A stretch of 64,000 bases of DNA. It comes from the human T2T-CHM13v2.0 reference genome, Homo sapiens. Where the stretch lies: assembly GCF_009914755.1 (NCBI RefSeq), contig NC_060936.1; one strand, given 5' to 3'. A program made the translations under genes and the position numbers. Below, piece after piece: positions 51,801-63,400 of the stretch. The notes under the pieces were generated by a model, which was not told where the DNA came from, did not search any database, and was given only the letters and a program-made list of their open reading frames with translations. Numbering within the stretch: the first letter of the stretch is position 1; each line of letters starts with the position of its first letter.

Positions 51801-54800
51801 AAATTCCACAAAAAGGGTGTTTAACATCTGCTCTTCTAAAGGAAAGTTCAACTCTATGAGTTGAATACACACAGCACAAAGAAGTTACTGAGACTTCTCC
51901 TATCAAACATTATATGAAGAAATCCCGTTTCCAACGAAGGCCTCAAAGAGGTCCAAGTATCTGCTTGCAGACGTTACAGACAGAGTGTTTCCAAACTGCT
52001 CCATCAAAAGAAAGGTTAAACTCCTTGAGTTGAACACACACATCACAAAGTAGTTTCTGTGAATGATTCTGTCTAGTTTTTATACGAAGATGTTTCCTTT
52101 TCTACCTTTGGTCTCAAAGCGATTGAAATCTCCACATGGAAACTCCACAAAAAGAGTGTTTCAAATCTGCTCTTTCTGAAGGAAGGTTCAACTCTGTGAG
52201 TTGAATACACACACCACAAATAAGTTACTGAGAATTCTTCTGTGTAACATTATATGAGGAAATCCCGTTTCCAACGAAGGCCTCAAAGAGGTCCAAATAT
52301 CCACTTGCAGACTTTACAAAGACAGTGTCTCCAAACTTCTCCATCAAAAGAAAGGTTATACTCTGTGAATTGAACGCACACATCACAAAGTAGTTTATGA
52401 GAATGATTCTGTCTAGTTTTTATACGAAGATATTTCCTTTTCTACATTTGGCCTAAAAGCGCTTGAAATCTCCACCTGCAAATATCACAAAAAGAGGGTT
52501 TCACATCTGCTCTGTCTAAAGGACAGTTCACCTCTGTGAGTTGAATAGAGGCAACACAAAGAACTTACTCAGTATTCTTCTTTCTAGCATTCTATGAAGA
52601 AATCCCGTTTCCAACGAAGGCCCCAAAGAGGTCCAAATATCTGCTTGCAGACTTTACAGACAGAGTTTTTCCAAACTGCTCCATCAAAAGAAAGGTTAAA
52701 CTCCTTGAGTTGAACACACACATCACAAAGTAGTTTCTGTGAATGATTCTGTCTAGTTTTTATACGAAGATGTTTCCTTTTCTACCTTTGGTCTCAAAGC
52801 GATTGAAATCTCCACATGGAAACTCCACAAAAAGAGTGTTTCAAATCTGCTCTTTCTGAAGGAAGGTTCAACTCTGTGAGTTGAATACACACACCACAAA
52901 TAAGTTACTGAGAATTCTTCTGTGTAACATTATATGAGGAAATCCCGTTTCCAACGAAGGCCTCAAAGAGGTCCAAATATCCACTTGCAGACTTTACAAA
53001 GACAGTGTCTCCAAACTCCTCCATCAAAAGAAAGGTTATACTCTGTGAATTGAACGCACACATCACAAAGTAGTTTCTGAGAATGATTCTGTCTAGTTTT
53101 TATACGAAGATATTTCCTTTTCTACATTTGGCCTAAAAGCGCTTGAAATCTCCACCTGCAAATATCACAAAAAGAGGGTTTCACATCTGCTCTGTCTAAA
53201 GGACAGTTCACCCCTGTGAGTTGAATAGAGGCAACACAAAGAACTTACTCAGTATTCTTCTTTCTAGCGTTCTATGAAGAAATCCCGTTTCCAACGAAGG
53301 CCTCAAAGAGGTCAAAGACCTGCTTGCAGACTTTACAGACAGAGTGTTTCCAAACTACTCTATGAAAAGAAAGCTTAAACTCCTTGAGTTGAACGCACAC
53401 ATCACAAAGTAGTTTCTGAGAATGATTCTGTCTAGTTTTTATACGAAGATGTTTCCTTTTCTACATTTGGTCTCAAAGCGATTGAAATCTCCAACTGGAA
53501 ACTGCACAAATAGGCTGTTTCAAATCTGCTCTGTCTAAAGGAAGGTTCAACTCTGTGAGTTGAATACACACACCACAAATAAGTTACTGAGAATTCTTCT
53601 GTCGAACATTACTTGAAGAAATCCCGTTTCCAACGAAGGCCTCAAAGAGGTCCAAATATCCACTTGCAGACATTACAAACAGAGTGTTTCCAAACTGCTC
53701 CATCAAAAGAAAGGTTAAACTCTGTGAGCTGAACACACACATCAAAAAGAAGTTTCTGTGAATGATTCTGTCTAGATTTTATAAGAAGATGTTTCCTTTT
53801 CTACCGTAGGCCTCAAAGCGCTTGAAATTTCCAGCTGCAAATTCCACAAAAAGGGTGTTTAACATCTGCTCTTCTAAAGGAAAGTTCAACTCTATGAGTT
53901 GAATACACACAGCACAAAGAAGTTACTGAGACTTCTCCTATCAAACATTATATGAAGAAATCCCGTTTCCAACGAAGGCCTCAAAGAGGTCCAAATATCT
54001 GCTTGCAGACTTTACAGACAGAGTGTTTCCAAACTGCTCCATCAAAAGAAAGGTTAAACTCCTTGAGTTGAACACACACATCACAAAGTAGTTTCTGTGA
54101 ATGATTCTGTCTAGTTTTTATACGAAGATGTTTCCTTTTCTACCTTTGGTCTCAAAGCGATTGAAATCTCCACATGGAAACTCCACAAAAAGAGTGTTTC
54201 AAATCTGCTCTTTCTGAAGGAAGGTTCAACTCTGTGAGTTGAATACACACACCACAAATAAGTTACTGAGAATTCTTCTGTGTAACATTATATGAGGAAA
54301 TCCCGTTTCCAACGAAGGCCTCAAAGAGGTCCAAATATCCACTTGCAGACTTTACAAAGACAGTGTCTCCAAACTCCTCCATCAAAAGAAAGGTTATACT
54401 CTGTGAATTGAACGCACACATCACAAAGTAGTTTCTGAGAATGATTCTGTCTAGTTTTTATACGAAGATATTTCCTTTTCTACATTTGGCCTAAAAGCGC
54501 TTGAAATCTCCACCTGCAAATATCACAAAAAGAGGGTTTCACATCTGCTGTGTCTAAAGGACAGTTCACCTCTGTGAGTTGAATAGAGGCAACACAAAGA
54601 ACTTACTCAGTATTCTTCTTTCTAGCATTCTATGAAGAAATCCCGTTTCCAACGAAGGCCCCAAAGAGGTCCAAATATCTGCTTGCAGACTTTACAGACA
54701 GAGTGTTTCCAAACTGCTCCATCAAAAGAAAGGTTAAACTCCTTGAGTTGAACGCACACATCACAAAGTAGTTTCTGAGAATGATTCTGTCTAGTTTTTA

Positions 54801-57405
54801 TACGAACATGTTTCCCTTTCTACATTTGGTCTCAAAGCGATTGAAATCTCCAACTGGAAACTGCACAAATAGGCTGTTTCAAATCTGCTCTGTCTAAAGG
54901 AAGGTTCAACTCTGTGAGTTGAATACACACACCACAAATAAGTTACTGAGAATTCTTCTGTCGAACATTACAGGAAGAAATCCCGTTTCCAACGAAGGCC
55001 TCAAAGAGGTCCAAATATCCACTTGCAGACATTACAAACAGTGTGTTTCCCAACTGCTCCATCAAAAGAAAGGTTAAACTCTGTGAGCTGGACACACAGA
55101 TCAAAAAGAAGTTTCTGTGAATGATTCTGTCTAGATTTTATTAGAAGATGTTTCCTTTTCTACCGTAGGCCTCAAAGCGCTTGAAATCTCCAGCTGCAAA
55201 TTCCACAAAAAGGGTGTTTAACATCTGCTCTTCTAAAGGAAAGTTCAACTCTATGAGTTGAATACACACAGCACAAAGAAGTTACTGAGACTTCTCCTAT
55301 CAAACATTATATGAAGAAATCCCGTTTCCAACGAAGGCCTCAAAGAGGTCCAAGTATCTGCTTGCAGACTTTACAGACAGAGTGTTTCCAAACTGCTCCA
55401 TCAAAAGAAAGGTTAAACTCCTTGAGTTGAACACACACATCACAAAGTAGTTTCTGTGAATGATTCTGTCTAGTTTTTATATGAAGATGTTTCCTTTTCT
55501 ACCTTTGGTCTCAAAGCGATTGAAATCTCCACATGGAAACTCCACAAAAAGAGTGTTTCAAATCTGCTCTTTCTGAAGGAAGGTTCAACTCTGTGAGTTG
55601 AATACACACACCACAAATAAGTTACTGAGAATTCTTCTGTGTAACATTATATGAGGAAATCCCGTTTCCAACGAAGGCCTCAAAGAGGTCCAAATATCCA
55701 CTTGCAGACTTTACAAAGACAGTGTCTCCAAACTCCTCCATCAAAAGAAAGGTTATACTCTGTGAATTGAACGCACACATCACAAAGTAGTTTCTGAGAA
55801 TGATTCTGTCTAGTTTTTATACGAAGATATTTCCTTTTCTACATTTGGCCTAAAAGCGCTTGAAATCTCCACCTGCAAATATCACAAAAAGAGGGTTTCA
55901 CATCTGCTCTGTCTAAAGGACAGTTCACCTCTGTGAGTTGAATAGAGGCAACACAAAGAACTTACTCAGTATTCTTCTTTCTAGCATTCTATGAAGAAAT
56001 CCCGTTTCCAACGAAGGCCCCAAATAGGTCCAAATATCTGCTTGCAGACTTTACAGACAGAGTTTTTCCAAACTGCTCCATCAAAAGAATGGTTAAACTC
56101 CTTGAATTGAACACACACATCACAAAGTAGTTTCTGTGAATGATTCTGTCTAGTTTTTATACGAAGATGTTTCCTTTTCTACCTTTGGTCTCAAAGCGAT
56201 TGAAATCTCCACATGGAAACTCCACAAAAAGAGTGTTTCAAATCTGCTCTTTCTGAAGGAAGGTTCAACTCTGTGAGTTGAATACACACACCACAAATAA
56301 GTTACTGAGAATTCTTCTGTGTAACATTATATGAGGAAATCCCGTTTCCAACGAAGGCCTCAAAGAGGTCCAAATATCCACTTGCAGACTTTACAAAGAC
56401 AGTGTCTCCAAACTCCTCCATCAAAAGAAAGGTTATACTCTGTGAATTGAACGCACACATCACAAAGTAGTTTCTGAGAATGATTCTGTCTAGTTTTTAT
56501 ACGAAGATATTTCCTTTTCTACATTTGGCCTAAAAGCGCTTGAAATCTCCACCTGCAAATATCACAAAAAGAGGGTTTCACATCTGCTCTGTCTAAAGGA
56601 CAGTTCACCTCTGTGAGTTGAATAGAGGCAACACAAAGAACTTACTCAGTATTCTTCTTTCTAGCATTCTATGAACAAATCCCGTTTCCAACGAAGGCCC
56701 CAAAGAGGTCCAAATATCTGCTTGCAGACTTTACAGACAGAGTTTTTCCAAACTGCTCCATCAAAAGAAAGGTTAAACTCCTTGAGTTGAACACACACAT
56801 CAAAAAGTAGTTTCTGTGAATGATTCTGTCTTGTTTTTATAAGAAGATGTTTCCTTTTCTACCTTTGGTCTCAAAGCGATTGAAATCTCCACATGGAAAC
56901 TCCACAAAAAGAGTGTTTCAAATCTGCTCTTTCTGAAGGAAGGTTCAACTCTGTGATTTGAATACACACACCACAAATAAGTTACTGAGAATTCTTCTGT
57001 GTAACATTATATGAGGAAATCCCGTTTCCAACGAAGGCCTCAAAGAGGTCCAAATATCCACTTGCAGACTTTACAAAGACAGTGTCTCCAAACTCTTCCA
57101 TCAAAAGAAAGGTTATACTCTGTGAATTGAACGCACACATCACAAAGTAGTTTCTGAGAATGATTCTGTCTAGTTTTTATACGAAGATATTTCCTTTTCT
57201 ACATTTGGCCTAAAAGCGCTTGAAATCTCCACCTGCAAATATCACAAAAAGAGGGTTTCACATCTGCTCTGTCTAAAGGACAGTTCACCTCTGTGAGTTG
57301 AATAGAGGCAACACAAAGAACTTACTCAGTATTCTTCTTTCTAGCGTTCTATGAAGAAATCCCGTTTCCAACGAAGGCCTCAAAGAGGTCAAATATCTGC
57401 TTGCA
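45855..57405 (-). repeat. Mixed block (16,8,8,12,8,16) containing chimeric C/A monomers
   Basis: Unit starts at 45855, 48573, 49932, 51291, 53329, 54688 and 57406. The starts at 49932, 51291 and 54688 begin as C-type and switch to A-type. Confidence 0.85.
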
Positions 57406-60400
57406 GACTTTACAGACAGAGTGTTTCCAAACTACTCTATGAAAAGAAAGCTTAAACTCCTTGAGTTGAACGCACACATCACAAAGTAGTTTCTGAGAAT
57501 GATTCTGTCTAGTTTTTATACGAAGATGTTTCCCTTTCTACATTTGGTCTCAAAGCGATTGAAATCTCCAACTGGAAACTGCACAAATAGGCTGTTTCAA
57601 ATCTGCTCTGTCTAAAGGAAGGTTCAGCTCTGTGAGTTGAATACACACACCACAAATAAGCTATTGAGAATTCTTCTGTCGAACATTACAGGAAGAAATC
57701 CCGTTTCCAACGAAGGCCTCAAAGAGGTCCAAATATCCACTTGCAGACATTACAAACAGTGTGTTTCCAAACTGCTCCATCAAAAGAAAGGTTAAACTCT
57801 GTGAGCTGAACACACACATCAAAAAGAAGTTTCTGTGAATGATTCTGTCTAGATTTTATAAGAAGATGTTTCCTTTTCTACCGTAGGCCTCAAAGCGCTT
57901 GAAATCTCCAGCTGCAAATTCCACAAAAAGGGTGTTTAACATCTGCTCTTCTAAAGGAAAGTTCAACTCTATGAGTTGAATACACACAGCACAAAGAAGT
58001 TACTGAGACTTCTCCTATCAAACATTATATGAAGAAATCCCGTTTCCAAAGAAGGCCTCAAAGAGGTCCAAATATCTGCTTGCAGACTTTACAGACAGAG
58101 TGTTTCCAAACTGCTCCATCAAAAGAAAGGTTAAACTCCTTGAGTTGAACACACACATCACAAAGTAGTTTCTGTGAATGATTCTGTCTAGTTTTTATAC
58201 GAAGATGTTTCCTTTTCTACCTTTGGTCTCAAAGCGATTGAAATCTCCACATGGAAACTCCACAAAAAGAGTGTTTCAAATCTGCTCTTTCTGAAGGAAG
58301 GTTCAACTCTGTGAGTTGAATACACACACCACAAATAAGTTACTGAGAATTCTTCTGTGTAACATTATATGAGGAAATCCCGTTTCCAACGAAGGCCTCA
58401 AAGAGGTCCAAATATCCACTTGCAGACTTTACAAAGACAGTGTCTCCAAACTCCTCCATCAAAAGAAAGGTTATACTCTGTGAATTGAACGCACACATCA
58501 CAAAGTAGTTTCTGAGAATGATTGTGTCTAGTTTTTATACGAAGATATTTCCTTTTCTACATTTGGCCTAAAAGCGCTTGAAATCTCCACCTGCAAATAT
58601 CACAAAAAGAGGGTTTCACATCTGCTCTGTCTAAAGGACAGTTCACCTCTGTGAGTTGAATAGCGGCAACACAAAGAACTTACTCAGTATTCTTCTTTCT
58701 AGCATTCTATGAAGAAATCCCGTTTCCAACGAAGGCCCCAAAGAGGTCCAAATATCTGCTTGCAGACTTTACAGACAGAGTTTTTCCAAACTGCTCCATC
58801 AAAAGAAAGGTTAAACTCCTTGAGTTGAACACACACATCACAAAGTAGTTTCTGTGAATGATTCTGTCTAGTTTTTACAAGAAGATGTTTCCTTTTCTAC
58901 CTTTGGTCTCAAAGCGATTGAAATCTCCACATGGAAACTCCACAAAAAGAGTGTTTCAAATCTGCTCTTTCTGAAGGAAGGTTCAACTCTGTGAGTTGAA
59001 TACACACACCACAAATAAGTTACTGAGAATTCTTCTGTGTAACATTATATGAGGAAATCCCGTTTCCAACGAAGGCCTCAAAGAGGTCCAAATATCCACT
59101 TGCAGACTTTACAAAGACAGTGTCTCCAAACTCCTCCATCAAAAGAAAGGTTATACTCTGTGAATTGAACGCACACATCACAAAGTAGTTTCTGAGAATG
59201 ATTCTGTCTAGTTTTTATACGAAGATATTTCCTTTTCTACATTTGGCCTAAAAGCGCTTGAAATCTCCACCTGCAAATATCACAAAAAGAGGGTTTCACA
59301 TCTGCTCTGTCTAAAGGACAGTTCACCTCTGTGAGTTGAATAGAGGCAACACAAAGAACTTACTCAGTATTCTTCTTTCTAGCGTTCTATGAAGAAATCC
59401 CGTTTCCAACGAAGGCCTCAAAGAGGTCAAATATCTGCTTGCAGACTTTACAGACAGAGTGTTTCCAAACTACTCTATGAAAAGAAAGCTTAAACTCCTT
59501 GAGTTGAACGCACACATCACAAAGTAGTTTCTGAGAATGATTCTGTCTAGTTTTTATACGAAGATGTTTCCTTTTCTACATTTGGTCTCAAAGCGATTGA
59601 AATCTCCAACTGGAAACTGCACAAATAGGCTGTTTCAAATCTGCTCTGTCTAAAGGAAGGTTCAGCTCTGTGAGTTGAATACACACACCACAAATAAGTT
59701 ACTGAGAATTCTTCTGTCGAACATTACAGGAAGAAATCCCGTTTCCAACGAAGGCCTCAAAGAGGTCCAAATATCCACTTGCGGACATTACAAACAGTGT
59801 GTTTCCCAACTGCTCCATCAAAAGAAAGGTTAAACTCTGTGAGCTGAACACACACATCAAAAAGAAGTTTCTGTGAATGATTCTGTCTAGATTTTATAAG
59901 AAGATGTTTCCTTTTCTACCGTAGGCCTCAAAGCGCTTGAAATCTCCAGCTGCAAATTCCACAAAAAGGGTGTTTAACATCTGCTCTTCTAAAGGAAAGT
60001 TCAACTCTATGAGTTGAATACACACAGCACAAAGAAGTTACTGAGACTTCTCCTATCAAACATTATATGAAGAAATCCCGTTTCCAACGAAGGCCTCAAA
60101 GAGGTCCAAATATCTGCTTGCAGACTTTACAGACAGAGTGTTTCCAAACTGCTCCATCAAAAGAAAGGTTAAACTCCTTGAGTTGAACACACACATCACA
60201 AAGCAGTTTCTGTGAATGATTCTGTCTAGTTTTTATACGAAGATGTTTCCTTTTCTACCTTTGGTCTCAAAGCGATTGAAATCTCCACATGGAAACTCCA
60301 CAAAAAGAGTGTTTCAAATCTGCTCTTTCTGAAGGAAGGTTCAACTCTGTGAGTTGAATACACACACCACAAATAAGTTACTGAGAATTCTTCTGTGTAA

Positions 60401-63400
60401 CATTATATGAGGAAATCCCGTTTCCAACGAAGGCCTCAAAGAGGTCCAAATATCCACTTGCAGACTTTACAAAGACAGTGTCTCCAAACTCCTCCATCAA
60501 AAGAAAGGTTATACTCTGTGAATTGAACGCACACATCACAAAGTAGTTTCTGAGAATGATTCTGTCTAGTTTTTATACGAAGATATTTCCTTTTCTACAT
60601 TTGGCCTAAAAGCGCTTGAAATCTCCACCTGCAAATATCACAAAAAGAGGGTTTCACATCTGCTCTGTCTAAAGGACAGTTCACCTCTGTGAGTTGAATA
60701 GAGGCAACACAAAGAACTTACTCAGTATTCTTCTTTCTAGCATTCTATGAAGAAATCCCGTTTCCAACGAAGGCCCCAAAGAGGTCCAAATATCTGCTTG
60801 CAGACTTTACAAAGACAGTGTCTCCAAACTCCTCCATCAAAAGAAAGGTTATACTCTGTGAATTGAACGCACACATCACAAAGTAGTTTCTGAGAATGAT
60901 TCTGTCTAGTTTTTATACGAAGATATTTCCTTTTCTACATTTGGCCTAAAAGCGCTTGAAATCTCCACCTGCAAATATCACAAAAAGAGGGTTTCACATC
61001 TGCTCTATCTAAAGGAGAGTTCACCTCTGTGAGTTGAATAGAGGCAATACAAAGAACTTACTCAGTATTCTTCTTTCTAGCGTTCTATGAAGAAATCCCG
61101 TTTCCAACGAAGGCCTCAAAGAGGTCAAATATCTGCTTGCAGACTTTACAGACAGAGTGTTTCCAAACTACTCTATGAAAAGAAAGCTTAAACTCCTTGA
61201 GTTGAACGCACACATCACAAAGTAGTTTCTGAGAATGATTCTGTCTAGTTTTTATACGAAGATGTTTCCTTTTCTACATTTGGTCTCAAAGCGATTGAAA
61301 TCTCCAACTGGAAACTGCACAAATAGGCTGTTTCAAATCTGCTCTGTCTAAAGGAAGGTTCAACTCTGTGAGTTGAATACACACACCACAAATAAGTTAC
61401 TGAGAATTCTTCTGTCGAACATTACTTGAAAAAATCCCGTTTCCAACGAAGGCCTCAAAGAGGTCCAAATAACCACTTGCAGACATTACAAACAGAGTGT
61501 TTCCAAACTGCTCCATCAAAAGAAAGGTTAAACTCTGTGAGCTGAACACACACATCAAAAAGAAGTTTTTGTGAATGATTCTGTCTAGATTTTATAAGAT
61601 GTTTCCTTTTCTACCGTAGGCCTCAAAGCGCTTGAAATCTCCAGCTGCAAATTCCACAAAAAGGGTGTTTAACATCTGCTCTTGTAAAGGAAAGTTCAAC
61701 TCTATGAGTTGAATACACACAGCACAAAGAAGTTACTGAGACTTCTCCTATCAAACATTATATGAAGAAATCCCGTTTCCAACGAAGGCCTCAAAGAGGT
61801 CCAAATATCTGCTTGCAGACTTTACAGACAGAGTTTTTCCAAACTGCTCCATCAAGAGAAAGGTTAAACTACTTGAGTTGAACACACACATCACAAAGTA
61901 GTTTCTGTGAATGATTCTGTCTAGTTTTTATACGAAGATGTTTCCTTTTCTACCTTTGGTCTCAAAGCGATTGAAATCTCCACATGGAAACTCCACAAAA
62001 AGAGTGTTTCAAATCTGCTCTTTCCGAAGGAAGGTTCAACTCTGTGAGTTGAATACACACACCACAAATAAGTTACTGAGAATTCTTCTGTGTAACATTA
62101 TATGAGGAAATCCCGTTTCCAACGAAGGCCTCAAAGAGATCCAAATATCCACTTGCAGACTTTACAAAGACAGTGTCTCCAAACTCCTCCATCAAAAGAA
62201 AGGTTATCCTCTGTGAATTGAACGCACACATCACAAAGTAGTTTCTGAGAATGATTCTGTCTAGTTTTTATACGAAGATATTTCCTTTTCTACATTTGGC
62301 CTCAAAGCGCTTGAAATCTCCACCTGCAAATATCACAAAAAGAGGGTTTCACATCTGCTCTGTCTAAAGGACAGTTCACCTCTGTGAGTTGAATAGAGGC
62401 AACACAAAGAACTTACTCAGTATTCTTCTTTCTAGCGTTCTATGAAGAAATCCCGTTTCCAACGAAGGCCCCAAAGAGGTCCAAATATCTGCTTGCAGAC
62501 TTTACAGACAGAGTGTTTCCAAACTACTCTATGAAAAGAAAGCTTAAACTCCTTGAGTTGAACGCACACATCACAAAGTAGTTTCTGAGAATGATTCTGT
62601 CTAGTTTTTATACGAAGATGTTTCCTTTTCTACATTTGGTCTCAAAGCGATTGAAATCTCCAACTGGAAACTGCACAAATAGGCTGTTTCAAATCTGCTC
62701 TGTCTAAAGGAAGGTTCAACTCTGTGAGTTGAATACACACACCACAAATAAGTTACTGAGAATTCTTCTGTCGAACATTACTTGAAGAAATCCCGTTTCC
62801 AACGAAGGCCTCAAAGAGGTCCAAATATCCACTTGCAGACATTACAAACAGAGTGTTTCCAAACTGCTCCATCAAAAGAAAGGTTAAACTCTGTGAGCTG
62901 AACACACACATCAAAAAGAAGTTTCTGTGAATGATTCTGTCTAGATATTATAAGAAGATGTTTCCTTTTCTACCGTAGGCCTCAAAGCGCTTGAAATCTC
63001 CACCTGCAAATTCCACAAAAAGGGTGTTTAACATCTGCTCTTCTAAAGGAAAGTTCAACTCTATGAGTTGAATACACACAGCACAAAGAAGTTACTGAGA
63101 CTTCTCCTATCAAACATTATATGAAGAAATCCCGTTTCCAACGAAGGCCTCAAAGAGGTCCAAATATCTGCTTGCAGACTTTACAGACAGAGTGTTTCCA
63201 AACTGCTCCATCAAAAGAAAGGTTAAACTCCTTGAGTTGAACACACACATCACAAAGTAGTTTCTGTGAATGATTCTGTCTAGTTTTTATACGAAGATGT
63301 TTCCTTTTCTACCTTTGGTCTCAATGCGATTGAAATCTCCACATGGAAACTCCACAAAAAGAGTGTTTCAAATCTGCTCTTTCTGAAGAAAGGTTCAACT

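Noticed and set aside
61911-62105. 64-aa ORF on +
   Set aside because: A TGA to CGA substitution near 62025 opens a frame that is closed in all other C dimers.
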